Shown piece after piece: positions 1 to 11,250 of a stretch of DNA of 64,000 nucleotides. The position numbers and the translations under genes are program-made. This stretch comes from an uncultured Gammaproteobacteria bacterium. GTDB lineage: Bacteria; Pseudomonadota; Gammaproteobacteria; Xanthomonadales; Xanthomonadaceae. Numbering within the stretch: position 1 is the first letter of the stretch; each line of letters starts with the position of its first letter. The notes under the pieces were generated by a model, which ran no database searches, was not told the origin of the DNA, and saw only the letters and a list, made by a program, of their open reading frames with translations. The DNA is taken from assembly GCA_963698475.1 (NCBI GenBank), contig CAVOQX010000004.1, positions 32,466 through 96,465 of the forward strand, given 5' to 3'.

Positions 1-182
1 TCGCCGCCGCCCATCACCCCGACCGGCAGCAGTCCGGCGGCGTGGATGAGCTCGCGCGGCACGTACACCGGCATGTGCCCGACCGCCTTGCCGCCGGTGC
101 GCGCCTTCCATTCGTGGACGCAATCGAGGTTGACGTCCCGGTACAGCCTTTCGCAGCGGTCGATGATCGCCTTGATGCCCAT
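1..182 (-). CDS. HgdB/BcrC-type 2-hydroxyacyl-CoA dehydratase / benzoyl-CoA reductase subunit, N-terminal fragment (continues left of window)
   Basis: ATG at 182 on - strand; own translation MGIKAIIDRCERLYRDVNLDCVHEWKARTGGKAVGHMPVYVPRELIHAAGLLPVGVMGGG resembles N-termini of this family; not in ORF track because no stop lies in the window. Confidence 0.4.
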   Translation of the reverse strand, partial: MGIKAIIDRCERLYRDVNLDCVHEWKARTGGKAVGHMPVYVPRELIHAAGLLPVGVMGGG

Positions 183-187
183 GTTCG

Positions 188-856
188 CTAGCCCTCGCCT
201 GGAGTCGCCTGCGCGCGCGGCAGGCAGCCTCGGGTGAATGTCAGGAAGATCTCCTCGGCCAGCGCGTCCACCGAGCCGTGCTGGTCGAACGAATACCAGC
301 CGAAGATCCAGTTCATCATTCCGAACAGCAGGTAGGTCCTGCGTTCCACGTCGCCGGCCGCGAGCGGCGCGCGGCGCGCGGCGATGTAGTCGCCGACCGC
401 CAGTTGCACGCAGTCGGTGTAGCGCTGCTTCAGCGCGCGGATCGCCTCGCCGTGCGCGCTGCTCATCGGCTGGGTGCCGAACATCAGGATCCGCATTTCG
501 TTGAGGTGGCTGCCGAAATAGCCCAGGTGGGCGCCGATCAGGTCGCACAGCAGCGCCGCGCTGGCCTTGCGCGACGGCCGTTGCGCGCTGCCGCGGCCGG
601 CGCGGTAAGCGGCCAGCAGTTGCTCGGCGTTCGCCAGCAGCGAGGCGAAGCCGCGTTCGTTGATCAGGAACAGCAGCTCCTCCTTGCTGGAGAAGTGGTG
701 GTACAGCCCGGCCAGCGAGCGCCCGGTGGCGGCCGCGAGGTCGCGCATCGAGGTGCCGTGGTAGCCCTCGCGCGCCATCAGTGCCGCGCACTCGGCGAGG
801 ATGTCGTCGGCCGGTTGGCTGCTGGGGGGGATGACCTGGCCGTCCATCTCAGGCAT
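188..856 (-). CDS. TetR/AcrR-family transcriptional regulator
   Basis: ORF 188..856; HTH signature GYHGTSMRDLAAATGRSLAGLYHHFSSKEELL. Confidence 0.8.
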   Translation of the reverse strand: MPEMDGQVIPPSSQPADDILAECAALMAREGYHGTSMRDLAAATGRSLAGLYHHFSSKEELLFLINERGFASLLANAEQLLAAYRAGRGSAQRPSRKASAALLCDLIGAHLGYFGSHLNEMRILMFGTQPMSSAHGEAIRALKQRYTDCVQLAVGDYIAARRAPLAAGDVERRTYLLFGMMNWIFGWYSFDQHGSVDALAEEIFLTFTRGCLPRAQATPGEG

Positions 857-1626
857 CCGTCCACGCCGGCGGGCGCTTGCCGATGAACGCGGCGATGCCT
901 TCGTTGGCGTCGTGGGTGGCCATCAATTCATCGAGGTACAGGCGTTCGGCGGCCCCGATGTGCTGGCGGTAATGCGCCAGCAGGCCGGCGCGCACGGCGC
1001 GGTGCGCGCAGCGCAGGCTGGCCGCGCTGCGCGGCAGCAGGTGGGTGCTGATCCAGGCGTCGGTGCGCGCCTCCAGGGTGCCGGCCGCGCAGCACGCGGC
1101 GAGCAGGCCGAAGCGTTCCAGCTCGGCGGCGTCGACGGTCTCGCCGGACAGCACCAGCCGCGGCGCCAGCGCGGAGGCGCCCAGCTGCGGCAGCAGCACC
1201 GCCGCCACCGGCGGGAACACGCCAAGCTGGATCTCCGGCACCGCGAAGCGCGCGCCCTCGTCGGCGAACAGCAGGGTGCAGGCCAGCGCCAGCTCGAAAC
1301 CGCCGCCGAGGCAGAACCCGGACACCCGCGCCAGCACCGGGACAGGGTGCGACAGCAGGTCGTCGACCAGGGCGTGGAACTGCGGCAGCATCGCCGCCGA
1401 CCTGGTCGGCCTGGTGCTCCGGCACGCTGGCGCCGAAGCAGAAGTGCGCGCCGCTGCCGGCCAGCACGATTGCCTTGCGCTGCGACGGTGCGCGCTCGGC
1501 GGCCAGCACCGCGCGCAGCTCGGCCATCATCGCGGCATCGAGGATGTTGGCCTTGGGCGCGTTGAGCGCCACCTCCAGCACCTGGCCATCGTGGGTTTCG
1601 CGCAGGACGAGCTTGGCGAAGTCCAT
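849..1626 (-). pseudogene. Enoyl-CoA hydratase (crotonase; Dch-like) with apparent frameshift
   Basis: N-terminal part in ORF 928..1626 (MDFAKLVLRETHDGQVLEVALNAPKANILD..FCFGASVPEH), C-terminal part in ORF 849..1391 (MLPQFHALV..GFCLGGGFELALAC..PEIQLGVFPP); frames switch in a GGCGGCG run near 1390-1400. Confidence 0.6.
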
Positions 1627-1629
1627 CGC

Positions 1630-2709
1630 TCAGGCCTTCGGCAGGATGCGCGCAAGCAGCGCGTCGTCCCACGGATGCGCCTCGGCCAGGGCGCGGCGCA
1701 GTTCGTGGAAATCGACCTCGCGCTGGTGGCGGGGGCCTTCGTTGAAGGCGCGGAAGCCGGCGCGGGCCTCGGTCATCATGTTCAGCGCCAGCCAGGAGCG
1801 GTTGGTCTCGCTGTTGCGCTGCCAGTGCTCGAGCTTCTTCTTGCGCACCGACTCCAGGGTCTTGGCCAGGCAGTCGGGCATGGTCAGCGACAGCTTGTAC
1901 GCCATCGCTTCGACTTCGGCGTCGAGCAGCGAGAGGTCGGTCGTGCATTCGGCCATCGCCGCCTTCGCCGCCTCGCGCCCGGTACCGTCCTTGAACGCAC
2001 CGTAGGCGGGGTTGCCCCAGGCATCGAAGCGTTCCAGCGAGACCATCGGGTTGCCGATGAAGCTGCCGTCGGGCGTGCGCAACACCGGAACGATCCTGTT
2101 GACCAGGCCGATGTCGACCGCGGCGTGCGCCGACCAGTGTTCGCACAGGGTGCAGGACGCCATCGCGCGGGTGATGCCGACGAACAGGTGCAGGAAATCG
2201 GTGGAGCCGCCGTCCGGCGCCGAGCCGTGCTTGGGGCCGGCCTGGCCGAAGCGCGCGGTGTCGGCGGCGATGCTGAAATCGCAGGCCATGCCGATCTCCT
2301 GGCCGCCACCGATGCGCATGCCGTTGACGCGGTTGATCACCGGCTTGTCGCACAACAGGATGGTGGTGACCATGTCGTTGAACAGGCGCATGTACTGCTT
2401 GTATTCCTGCGGATTGCCGGCGTAGTACTCGGCGTACTCCTTGGTGTTGCCGCCGGTGCAGAACGCCTTGTCGCCGACCGCGCTGAACACCACCGCGACC
2501 ACGCTGCGGTCGCACGAGGCCTCGCGGAAGGCCAGGATCAGCTCCTTCACCGCTTGCGTGGTGTAGGAGTTCAGCTGCTTCTCGTTGTTGAGCAGGATCC
2601 AGGCGTTGAACAGGCCGGGCACTTCGGCGCCGTGCGCATCGCGCAGCGGGCGCTTCTCGACCAGGATGTCGCGGTAGTCGCAGTGGTCGAGCAGGTGGTG
2701 GTTCTTCAT
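1630..2709 (-). CDS. Crotonase-superfamily ring hydrolase, 6-oxocyclohex-1-ene-1-carbonyl-CoA hydrolase (Oah/BamA)-like
   Basis: ORF 1630..2709, 359 aa; CDKPVINRVNGMRIGGGQEIGMACDF crotonase core and length typical of Oah/BamA-type enzymes; lies between Dch-like and Had-like genes. Confidence 0.6.
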   Translation of the reverse strand: MKNHHLLDHCDYRDILVEKRPLRDAHGAEVPGLFNAWILLNNEKQLNSYTTQAVKELILAFREASCDRSVVAVVFSAVGDKAFCTGGNTKEYAEYYAGNPQEYKQYMRLFNDMVTTILLCDKPVINRVNGMRIGGGQEIGMACDFSIAADTARFGQAGPKHGSAPDGGSTDFLHLFVGITRAMASCTLCEHWSAHAAVDIGLVNRIVPVLRTPDGSFIGNPMVSLERFDAWGNPAYGAFKDGTGREAAKAAMAECTTDLSLLDAEVEAMAYKLSLTMPDCLAKTLESVRKKKLEHWQRNSETNRSWLALNMMTEARAGFRAFNEGPRHQREVDFHELRRALAEAHPWDDALLARILPKA

Positions 2710-2731
2710 CGTCGGCTCGCAGGCAAGGAAG

Positions 2732-3793
2732 TCAGGGCACCAGCACGGCGCGCGCGTCGAGGCGGTGCGCGTGGGCGTCGGCGATCACCGCGTTGATCTC
2801 GGCGAGCGGGAACTGGCGGACGTTGCGGCGCACCTCGATGCGCCCGGCCAGCACGTCGGCGACCACCGCCGGGTAGTGCGCGGGCCGGCAGCCCCAGTTG
2901 CCGAACACGTCGGCGTCGAAGGCCATGATGTTGGACAGCCGCAGTTCGATCTTGTCCATGGTGAAGCCGACCACGCCGAGGGTGCCGGCGTGGCTCAGCA
3001 GCGAATAGGCGCTGCGCTGGCCGGCGGCGGTGCCGGAGGTCTCGAACACCCGCCAGCGGGTATCCGGCCAGCCGTGCGCCTTGCAGAAGGCGCGGATGTG
3101 CTTGCGCAGTTCGCGCTCGTCGACCTCGCCGGCATTGACGGTGAACGCGGCGCCCTGCGCGGCGGCGGCGTCGAGCCGGCGCGGGTCGATGTCGATCGCG
3201 ATCACATGCGCGCCGGCATTGCGCGCGTGCTGCACCAGGTACAGGCCGACGCCGCCGACACCGACCACGATCGCCACCTCGCCGGCGGCCAGCCCGCTGC
3301 GCAGCACCGACTGGTAGGGCGTGGTAATGGCGTCGGCGACCACGCTGAGCTCGGCCAGCGGAAAGCCGCCGAGGTCGTCCGGCAGCGGGCACAGGAAGCG
3401 CGCCGGCACCGACAGGTGGCTGGCGAAGCCGCCGTGGAAGTCGTTGCCCGGCATGCGCTGCTGCTGGCAGATGTTGTCGCGCCCGGCGGCGCACAACTCG
3501 CACTCGCCGCAGGGCAGCACCGCCGGCACCACCACCTGGCGGCCGAGCAGGTCGGCGGCGCCGTCGCCGGCTGCGACCACGGTGCCGGAGATCTCGTGCC
3601 CCAGCACCAGCGGCAGCGGGTGGCGGGTCTTCACCCCGCCGTCGATGAAGCCAAGGTCGGTGTGGCACAGGCCGCAACCGGCGACCTGCACCACCACCTC
3701 GCCGGCAGCCGGTGGCTCGATCCGGAACTCGCGCCGCTGCAGCGGCTGCCGAGGTTCCAGCAGGAACATCCCCCAGGCATCGATGGCCGTCAT
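2732..3793 (-). CDS. Zn-dependent alcohol dehydrogenase family (6-hydroxycyclohex-1-ene-1-carbonyl-CoA dehydrogenase, Had-like)
   Basis: ORF 2732..3883, internal ATG at 3793 (MTAIDAWGMF..); GCGLCHTDLGF and GHEISGTV Zn-ADH motifs. Confidence 0.7.
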   Translation of the reverse strand: MTAIDAWGMFLLEPRQPLQRREFRIEPPAAGEVVVQVAGCGLCHTDLGFIDGGVKTRHPLPLVLGHEISGTVVAAGDGAADLLGRQVVVPAVLPCGECELCAAGRDNICQQQRMPGNDFHGGFASHLSVPARFLCPLPDDLGGFPLAELSVVADAITTPYQSVLRSGLAAGEVAIVVGVGGVGLYLVQHARNAGAHVIAIDIDPRRLDAAAAQGAAFTVNAGEVDERELRKHIRAFCKAHGWPDTRWRVFETSGTAAGQRSAYSLLSHAGTLGVVGFTMDKIELRLSNIMAFDADVFGNWGCRPAHYPAVVADVLAGRIEVRRNVRQFPLAEINAVIADAHAHRLDARAVLVP

Positions 3794-3921
3794 GCACAAC
3801 CTCCCCAGGCTGGTGTTCGGTGACCAGCCGAACGTTCGTTCGGCTACTGAGGGAAATCTACGGGTTCGGGCGGGCGCGGTCAACCGCCCGCGCGGGCAAC
3901 CGGGTACGGCGGGCGGTGGGG

Positions 3922-5553
3922 TCAGGCGGCGCGCGCGCGCAACGCGCGGATGCCCTCGGAAAAGCGCTTCAGGGTTGGCGTGCTGTCACCGGGGGGCACC
4001 ATCATCTCGATCAGCTGGAAGCGGCCGCGCTCGGCGAACGCGGCATCCAGCGCGCGCTTGAACTCGCCGCGGGTATGCACGCGGTGGCCATGGCCGCCGA
4101 GGGTGTCGGCGATGTCGGCATAGCGCCAGTCGCCGAGGTCGGCGCACTTCGATTCGGGCTGGAAGGCGCGGATCATTTCCCAGCTCTGGTTGTTGAGCAG
4201 CACCACGATCGGGTCGATGCCGTAGCGGCGGCAGTGGCCAAGTTCCCAGCCGGTCATCTGGAATGCGCCGTCGCCGACCAGGATCACGGTGCGCTCGCCG
4301 GTGGTGACCTGCATGCCGATCCCGGCCGGCACCCCGAATCCCATCGTGGCGTAATAGCCGGGCGCGACCAGCTGCGTGGGCAGCAGCTCCATCGCCGCGA
4401 ACAGGCAGTCGCCGATGTCGGAGGCGACCGGAAAAGCGCCGTGCGCGCGGATGCGGTCGTTCAGCCCGCGCGCCAGGTCACCGGCGCACAGCGGCGCATC
4501 GTCGTCCTCCAGCCCCAGCGGGTACTCCGGGCGCGGCAGGTCCGCCAGCCGCGCGCGGTTGTGGGCCGGCAACTGGTCGAGCAGGGCGCGTACCAGCGCG
4601 GGTAGCGGGATGTCGTGGTACACCGCGTGGCCGATCCGCGCCTCGCGGTGCGAGGCCACCAGCGCGCGGCGGAAGTCGATACGCTCGCCGGCGATGCCGA
4701 AATTGCTGTCGGACTGGATCAGGCCCAGCATCACCGGCAGGTCGGACTTGTCGAGCAGGTCGCTGATCGCCGGATCGCCGGCCACGCCCAGGTACGTGCC
4801 GTAGCTTTCCAGCCCGGCGTCGGCCAGCAGGCCGCGGCCCATGAAGGTGGTCAGCACCGGCAGTGCCAGCCGCCGCGCCAGTTCGGCCACTTCCGCCTCG
4901 ATCCCGAAGCGGCGCACCTCGACCCCGGGCATCAGCACCGGTCGCTCGGCGGCGTGGATACGGGCCAGCCATTCGCGCGCGCATTCGTCCACCGCCGCCT
5001 GCACGAACGGGCTCGGCGGCAGCATCGGCACCGCGCCGATCTCGCGCTCGGCGAGGTCGCGCGGGATCTCGATCAGCACCGGCTGCGAGAACTCGCGGCA
5101 GCTGCGCAGTGCACGCGCAATCAACGCCGGCGCGGTGGCCGGGTCGTCCAGCCGCACCTGGTCGCAGGTGATTTCGGCGAACACCCGCAGCTGCGAATCC
5201 ACGTGCCGCACCTGGTGGTGCAGGACCAGCCCGGAGACCGCCTCGACCGCGCCCGGGCAACCGGCCAGCACCACCACCGGCGAGCGCTCGGCGTAGGCGC
5301 AGGCGATCGCGTTGACGGTATTGAGGGCGCCCGCGCCGTAGGTCACCGCGACCACCCCCAGGCCCATGTTCATGCGCGCCGCGGCATCCGCGGCGAAGCC
5401 CAGCGACGGTTCGTGGCTGAGCGCGACCAGCGGCAGGATCCCGCTGGCCTCCACGTGCTTGAAGAACGGCAGGATGAAATCACCCGGAATGCCGAAGATC
5501 TCGCGGGCGCCGTGCGCCTTGAGGGCGTGCAGCAATTGCAGGGCCAGGTTCAT
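3922..5553 (-). CDS. Thiamine-diphosphate-dependent indolepyruvate/phenylpyruvate decarboxylase family enzyme
   Basis: ORF 3922..5598, ATG at 5553 (MNLALQLLHALKAHGAREIFGIPGDF); TPP motif GDGAFQMTGWELG..VLLNNQSWEM. Confidence 0.8.
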   Translation of the reverse strand: MNLALQLLHALKAHGAREIFGIPGDFILPFFKHVEASGILPLVALSHEPSLGFAADAAARMNMGLGVVAVTYGAGALNTVNAIACAYAERSPVVVLAGCPGAVEAVSGLVLHHQVRHVDSQLRVFAEITCDQVRLDDPATAPALIARALRSCREFSQPVLIEIPRDLAEREIGAVPMLPPSPFVQAAVDECAREWLARIHAAERPVLMPGVEVRRFGIEAEVAELARRLALPVLTTFMGRGLLADAGLESYGTYLGVAGDPAISDLLDKSDLPVMLGLIQSDSNFGIAGERIDFRRALVASHREARIGHAVYHDIPLPALVRALLDQLPAHNRARLADLPRPEYPLGLEDDDAPLCAGDLARGLNDRIRAHGAFPVASDIGDCLFAAMELLPTQLVAPGYYATMGFGVPAGIGMQVTTGERTVILVGDGAFQMTGWELGHCRRYGIDPIVVLLNNQSWEMIRAFQPESKCADLGDWRYADIADTLGGHGHRVHTRGEFKRALDAAFAERGRFQLIEMMVPPGDSTPTLKRFSEGIRALRARAA

Positions 5554-5673
5554 GGACACTCGTGCGCAGGGGGCAACACGGCATCTGACACCAACCACCG
5601 ACGGCTGTCATTGACCTGCGTCAGACCGGCCGTCCCGTGCGCTTGCGTATGCCTTCGCCACGGCCGTGGCGCA

Positions 5674-6867
5674 TCAGTCCCCGCTGAAACCCACCGCCTG
5701 CAGCGCATGGGCGAAGCGCACCGCGCTGTCGTCGTTCAGCCCGGCCAGGTTGATCCGGCCCGATTCCAGCACGTAGATGGCGTGCTCCTCGCGCAGCTGG
5801 CGGGCACCGTCGGTCGGCAGGTTGACGAACGAAAACATCCCGCGTTGCCGACGCAGCGCGTCGCGCGGGCAGCCGAGCCCGGCCAGGGTGGTGGCGAGGC
5901 GGTCGCGCATGCCGGCGATGTGGACGCGCATCCCCGCCAGTTCCTGCTCCCAGTCCGCGCGCAGGTCCGGCCGCGCAAGCACCCGCGCCACCACGGCCGC
6001 GCCGTGCGCAGGCGGCATCGAGTAATTGGCGCGGATCCCGCGCAGCAGCACCGACATCGTCACCCGGGTGCGTTCGGCGGACGCGGCCAGCACGCTGATG
6101 GCGCCGATGCGCTCGCGGTACAGCCCGAAATTCTTGGAGCACGAAGAGGTCAGCAACAGCTCCGGCACCCGCGCGGCGAGCAGGCGCATGCCGGCCGCGT
6201 CCGCGTCCAGGCCGTCGCCCAGGCCCTGGTAGGCCATGTCGAGGATCGGCAGGAAGCCGCGGCGGGCGGCGATCGCGGCGATCTGCTCCCAGCTCTCGGC
6301 ATCGATGTCGACTCCGCTGGGATTGTGGCAACTGGCCTGCAACAGCACCGCATCGCCGGCCGGGATGGTCTCCAGCGTTTCCAGCATTGCGGCACGGCGC
6401 AGGCCGCTGCGCGCCGGATCCAGGTAAGGGTAATCCCGCACCTCCAGGCCGGCGGCGCGGAAGATCGGCGCGTGGTTGTCCCAGCTGGGATCGGCCAGCC
6501 ACACCCGCGCGTCGGGCCGCGCGGCGCGCACCAGGTCGGCGGCGGTGCGCAGCGCGGCAGTGCCGCCGGGGGTGTGCACGGTGGCCAGGCGATCGCCCAG
6601 GCTGGCCTCCAGCGCACCGAAGCACAACGACTGCACCGCGGCGTCGAACGCCACGTCGCCGAGCATGCCCTGGTAGGACTTGCTGTCCTCTTCCTCCAGG
6701 CGCATGCGCTCGGCGGCGTGCACGGCGCGCATCACCGGGGTGCGCCCGGAGGGGTCGCGGTACACGCCCACGCCGAGGTCGACCTTGTGCGCGCGCGGAT
6801 CCTCGCGGAACCGCGCCATCAGGCCCAGGATCGGGTCGGCCGCGGCCGCCTGCAGGGTCTCGAACAT
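5674..6867 (-). CDS. Aromatic/aspartate aminotransferase (class I, TyrB/AspC type)
   Basis: ORF 5674..6897, ATG at 6867; MFETLQAAAADPILGLMARFREDPRAHKVDLGVGVYRD typical TyrB/AspC N-terminus; SCSKNFGLYRERIG PLP-lysine region. Confidence 0.85.
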   Translation of the reverse strand: MFETLQAAAADPILGLMARFREDPRAHKVDLGVGVYRDPSGRTPVMRAVHAAERMRLEEEDSKSYQGMLGDVAFDAAVQSLCFGALEASLGDRLATVHTPGGTAALRTAADLVRAARPDARVWLADPSWDNHAPIFRAAGLEVRDYPYLDPARSGLRRAAMLETLETIPAGDAVLLQASCHNPSGVDIDAESWEQIAAIAARRGFLPILDMAYQGLGDGLDADAAGMRLLAARVPELLLTSSCSKNFGLYRERIGAISVLAASAERTRVTMSVLLRGIRANYSMPPAHGAAVVARVLARPDLRADWEQELAGMRVHIAGMRDRLATTLAGLGCPRDALRRQRGMFSFVNLPTDGARQLREEHAIYVLESGRINLAGLNDDSAVRFAHALQAVGFSGD

Positions 6868-6948
6868 CGGGGTGCACCATGGTGTGGGGGAGGGCAAGTG
6901 TCCCCGATGCGGGCGCCTGCCGCCATGTGCGGATTCCGGCAGTGCCGG

Positions 6949-9730
6949 TCACACCGCTGGAGATGCCTGCTGCGCGTGGCTGTCCAGGGCGCCAGAGCGA
7001 AGCAGGTGCATCAGCTCGTCTGCCGGCAGCGGACGGCTGATCAGGTAGCCTTGCAGCAGGTCGCAGCCGGCGCGGACCAATAACGCGCGCTGCGCCTCGG
7101 TCTCCACGCCTTCGGCAACGGTCTGGATGCGCAGGCGGCGGGCCAGGTCGATGAAGCTCTCGACGATCGCCGCCGCATCGGCGTTGTCGGTCACATCGCA
7201 GATGAAGGCTCGGTCGATCTTGAGCTGGTCGATCGGGAAGCGGCGCAGGTAGGCCAGCGACGAATAGCCGGTGCCGAAGTCGTCGACCGAAATCCCGAGG
7301 CCAAGCGCCCTCAGCTCGGCCATGACCTCCGCGGCTGCCTCGGCCTGCTCCATCACCACGCTCTCGGTGATCTCCAGCTTGAGCAGGCGCGGCGGCAGGC
7401 CGCTTTCCTGCAGCGCGCGGCGCACGATGTTCACCAGGTTGTGGTCGCGGAACTGCCGGGTCGACAGGTTGACCGCAACGCGCAGCTCGTTGCCTTCCTG
7501 CTGCCAGCGCCGCGCCTGCTGGCAGGCGCTGTTGAGCACCCATTCGCCGATCGGAACAATCAGCCCCGTGTGCTCGGCCACCGGTATGAACTCCGCCGGC
7601 GACACCAGTTCGTCGTTGCCTCTCGCGCCAACGCAGCAGCGCCTCGGCGTCGGTCACTCGCCCGGTGGCGGGATTCAGCAGCGGCTGGTAGTGCAGGACC
7701 AGCTCGCCCAGTCCCACGGCCTGGCGCAGTCCGGATTCGAGCTCCAGCCTGCGCATCGCCTCGGCGTTCAGGTTGCCGGTATAGAAGCGGCACGCGTTGC
7801 CGCCGGCTTCCTTGGCCTTGTACATCGCCGCGTCGGCGTTGCGCAACAGGGTGTCGTAGTCGTCGCCATCGGTGGGGAACACGCTCAGGCCGATGCTGGT
7901 GGTGATGTCGATCTCGCCGCCAGCCACCGAAATCGGCTGCATGACCTCGCGCAGGATCTGGCCCGCCATCTGCGATGCCTCCTGCAGATCGCCCATGTCG
8001 GTCAGCAGTAGCACGAATTCGTCGCCACCCAGCCTCGCCAGCGTGTCCCGCTCACGCACGCCGCCGGCAAGCCGCCCGGCGATGGCGCGCAGGATGCGGT
8101 CGCCTGCGTCGTGCCCCAGGCTGTCGTTGATGCGCTTGAAGTCGTCCAGGTCGATGAAGGCCAGGGCCACCATGCGGTGGTGGCGCGCGGCGAAGGCGAT
8201 GGCTTGCTCGGTGCGGTCGCGCAGCAGGTTGCGGCTGGCCAGCCCGGTCAGCGTGTCCTCGTTGTACTGGCGCTCCAGCTGCGCCTCGTACTGCTTCTGC
8301 TCGCTGATGTCGCTCATGATCTCGACGAAATGGGTTGCCATGCCGTCCGTGTCGAACACCGGGGCGATCGACAGTTCGTTCCAGAACAGGCTGCCGTCCT
8401 TGCGGTAGTTGCGAAGTACCGCCTTGCCCTCGCGCAATTCGCGGCGGGCGGCCTGGATCTCGGCCGTGCCGAACTGCTCGGTATCGCTGCCCATCAGGAA
8501 TTTCGGGTCGCGCCCCAGCACTTCTTCGCAGCTGTAGCCGGTGATGTGCTCGAACGCGGGGTTGACCTGGATGATCGGGCTCGCACCTGGCTCGATCGCG
8601 GTCAGCATGATGCCGTTTGCCGATGACTCCATCGCGCGGGAACTCAGACGGTTCTGCTGCTCGCTCTTGCGCAGTTTCTCCTCTGCGATCTGGCGCCTGG
8701 CCTCTTGCTCGAAGTGGTCGAGCGCGAAGGAAATGTCCGCGGCCATCTCTTCCACCAGCTTATGCAGTTCTGCGTCGAAATAATCCCGTTCCGCGGCGAA
8801 AAGGGTCAGCGTGCCGACCGCCTTGCCGGCCACCCGCAGCGGGCACGAGACGACCGATGCCAGCCCCGCGTCGCGCAGGTCGTGGCAGATGGGTGCCAAC
8901 GCCGGGTTGGTGGACAGGTCGTTGCACAGGTAGATGCGGTCCTCTGCCATTGCAATCTCGACCGTCGTATGCCGCGAATCCTTGTGGGTGGCGTGGCAGG
9001 CGGCCAGCAGCCGGTTCCCGTCCGCGCCTGCCGATGCCACCGGCACCATCTGGCCGCTGTCGGCATCCAGCATGCCGATCCATGCCATCGAGAAGCCGCC
9101 CTGTTCCACCGCCGTGCGGCAGATGGACTCGAACAGCGGGGCGCGCTCGGTCTGCTGGGCGATCGCCTGGTTGGTTGCGGAAAGCGTCTTGTAAAGGCGG
9201 CTCAGTCGCAGGATTTTGGCTTCCGAGGCAGCCAGTTCCGCGATGCGCTGTTCCAGTTGCGCCGCCTTCATGGTGAGCTTGTCGAGCAGCACCTGGGTGT
9301 GAACCTTCAACAACGCGTTTTCTTCCAGCGCCGGTAAGTGCGCCGGGGTGGCATCCTGTTTCACCTGCTGCAGCACGCCGTTCAGCCGCCGCATGAATTC
9401 TTCCGGCTCGGCGGGCTTGGTGATGAAATCATCGGCCCCGAGATTCAGAGCCAGCGCTTCGTCCTTGGGTTCGGTGTAGGTGGCGGTGTAGACAATGAAG
9501 GGAATCGAGGACAACCTTGCGTCTTCCTTCCACTCGCGCAGCAGGGTGTAGCCGTCCATGACCGGCATCAGCAGGTCGCTGATCACGATGTCTGGCGGCT
9601 GCAGGCGCGCCATTTCCAGCGCGATTGCGCCATTGTCGGCCTCGTCCACCTCGATGCCGTGGCCGGACAGCAGCGCCCGCAGCAGGTAGCGGTTCTGCAG
9701 ATTGTCTTCGACGATCAGCGCGCGCGTCAT
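6949..9730 (-). pseudogene. REC-GAF-PAS-GGDEF-EAL c-di-GMP signalling protein with apparent frameshift
   Basis: REC (MTRALIVEDNLQNRYLL), GAF, PAS and GGDEF (RLGGDEFVLLL) read in the frame of ORF 5621..9730 down to ~7620; EAL domain (EFIPVAEHTGLI, KLEITES, DDFGTGYSSL) is in ORF 6949..7605; frame change near 7610-7630. Confidence 0.7.
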
Positions 9731-10097
9731 CGGCTTGCCTCCAGGTACGCCTCCACCTGACCGACGAACGTGTCAGGGTCGATGGGCTTCTCGATGTAGC
9801 CGTTGCAACCCGCCGCCATGCAACGCTCGCGGTCGCCCGGCATGGCGTAGGAGGTCACCGCCACCACCGGCACCGCGGCCAGCGCAGGATTGGTGCGCAG
9901 GCGGCGGGCCACCTCGTGGCCATCCATGCACGGCAACTGGATGTCCAGCAGGATCAGTGCCGGGGCCACCTCCGCGGCCAGCGCCAGGCCCGATGGACCA
10001 TCCACGGCATGGATGACTTCCCAGTTGTTGGCCTCCATGAGGAAGGTGACCAGGTAGCGGTTCTGGTCGTTGTCCTCGATCAGCAGGATGCGCTTGT

Positions 10098-10101
<4 letters not shown>
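9727..10101 (-). CDS. CheY-like single-domain response regulator
   Basis: ATG at 10101 inside ORF 9727..10380; MNKRILLIEDNDQNRYLV..LDIQLPCMDG; ATGA overlaps with both neighbours. Confidence 0.85.
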
Positions 10102-11141
<1,040 letters not shown>

Positions 11142-11250
11142 CAGCCGCGAACCTCCAATGTCCTTGCGCCGCGTGCCGGCCTTCGCAGGCACCCGGCAAG
11201 CGTGGGTAGCAGCCATCGTAGCGCCAAACCGACGCGACGAGTGGCGGTTT

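Noticed and set aside
5621-9730. 1369-aa ORF as one giant signalling protein
   Set aside because: Only the first ~700 codons look like protein (REC-GAF-PAS-GGDEF). After ~7620 the translation becomes Arg/Pro/Gly-rich nonsense running antisense to the aminotransferase gene. This is a high-GC shadow ORF continuing past a frameshift.
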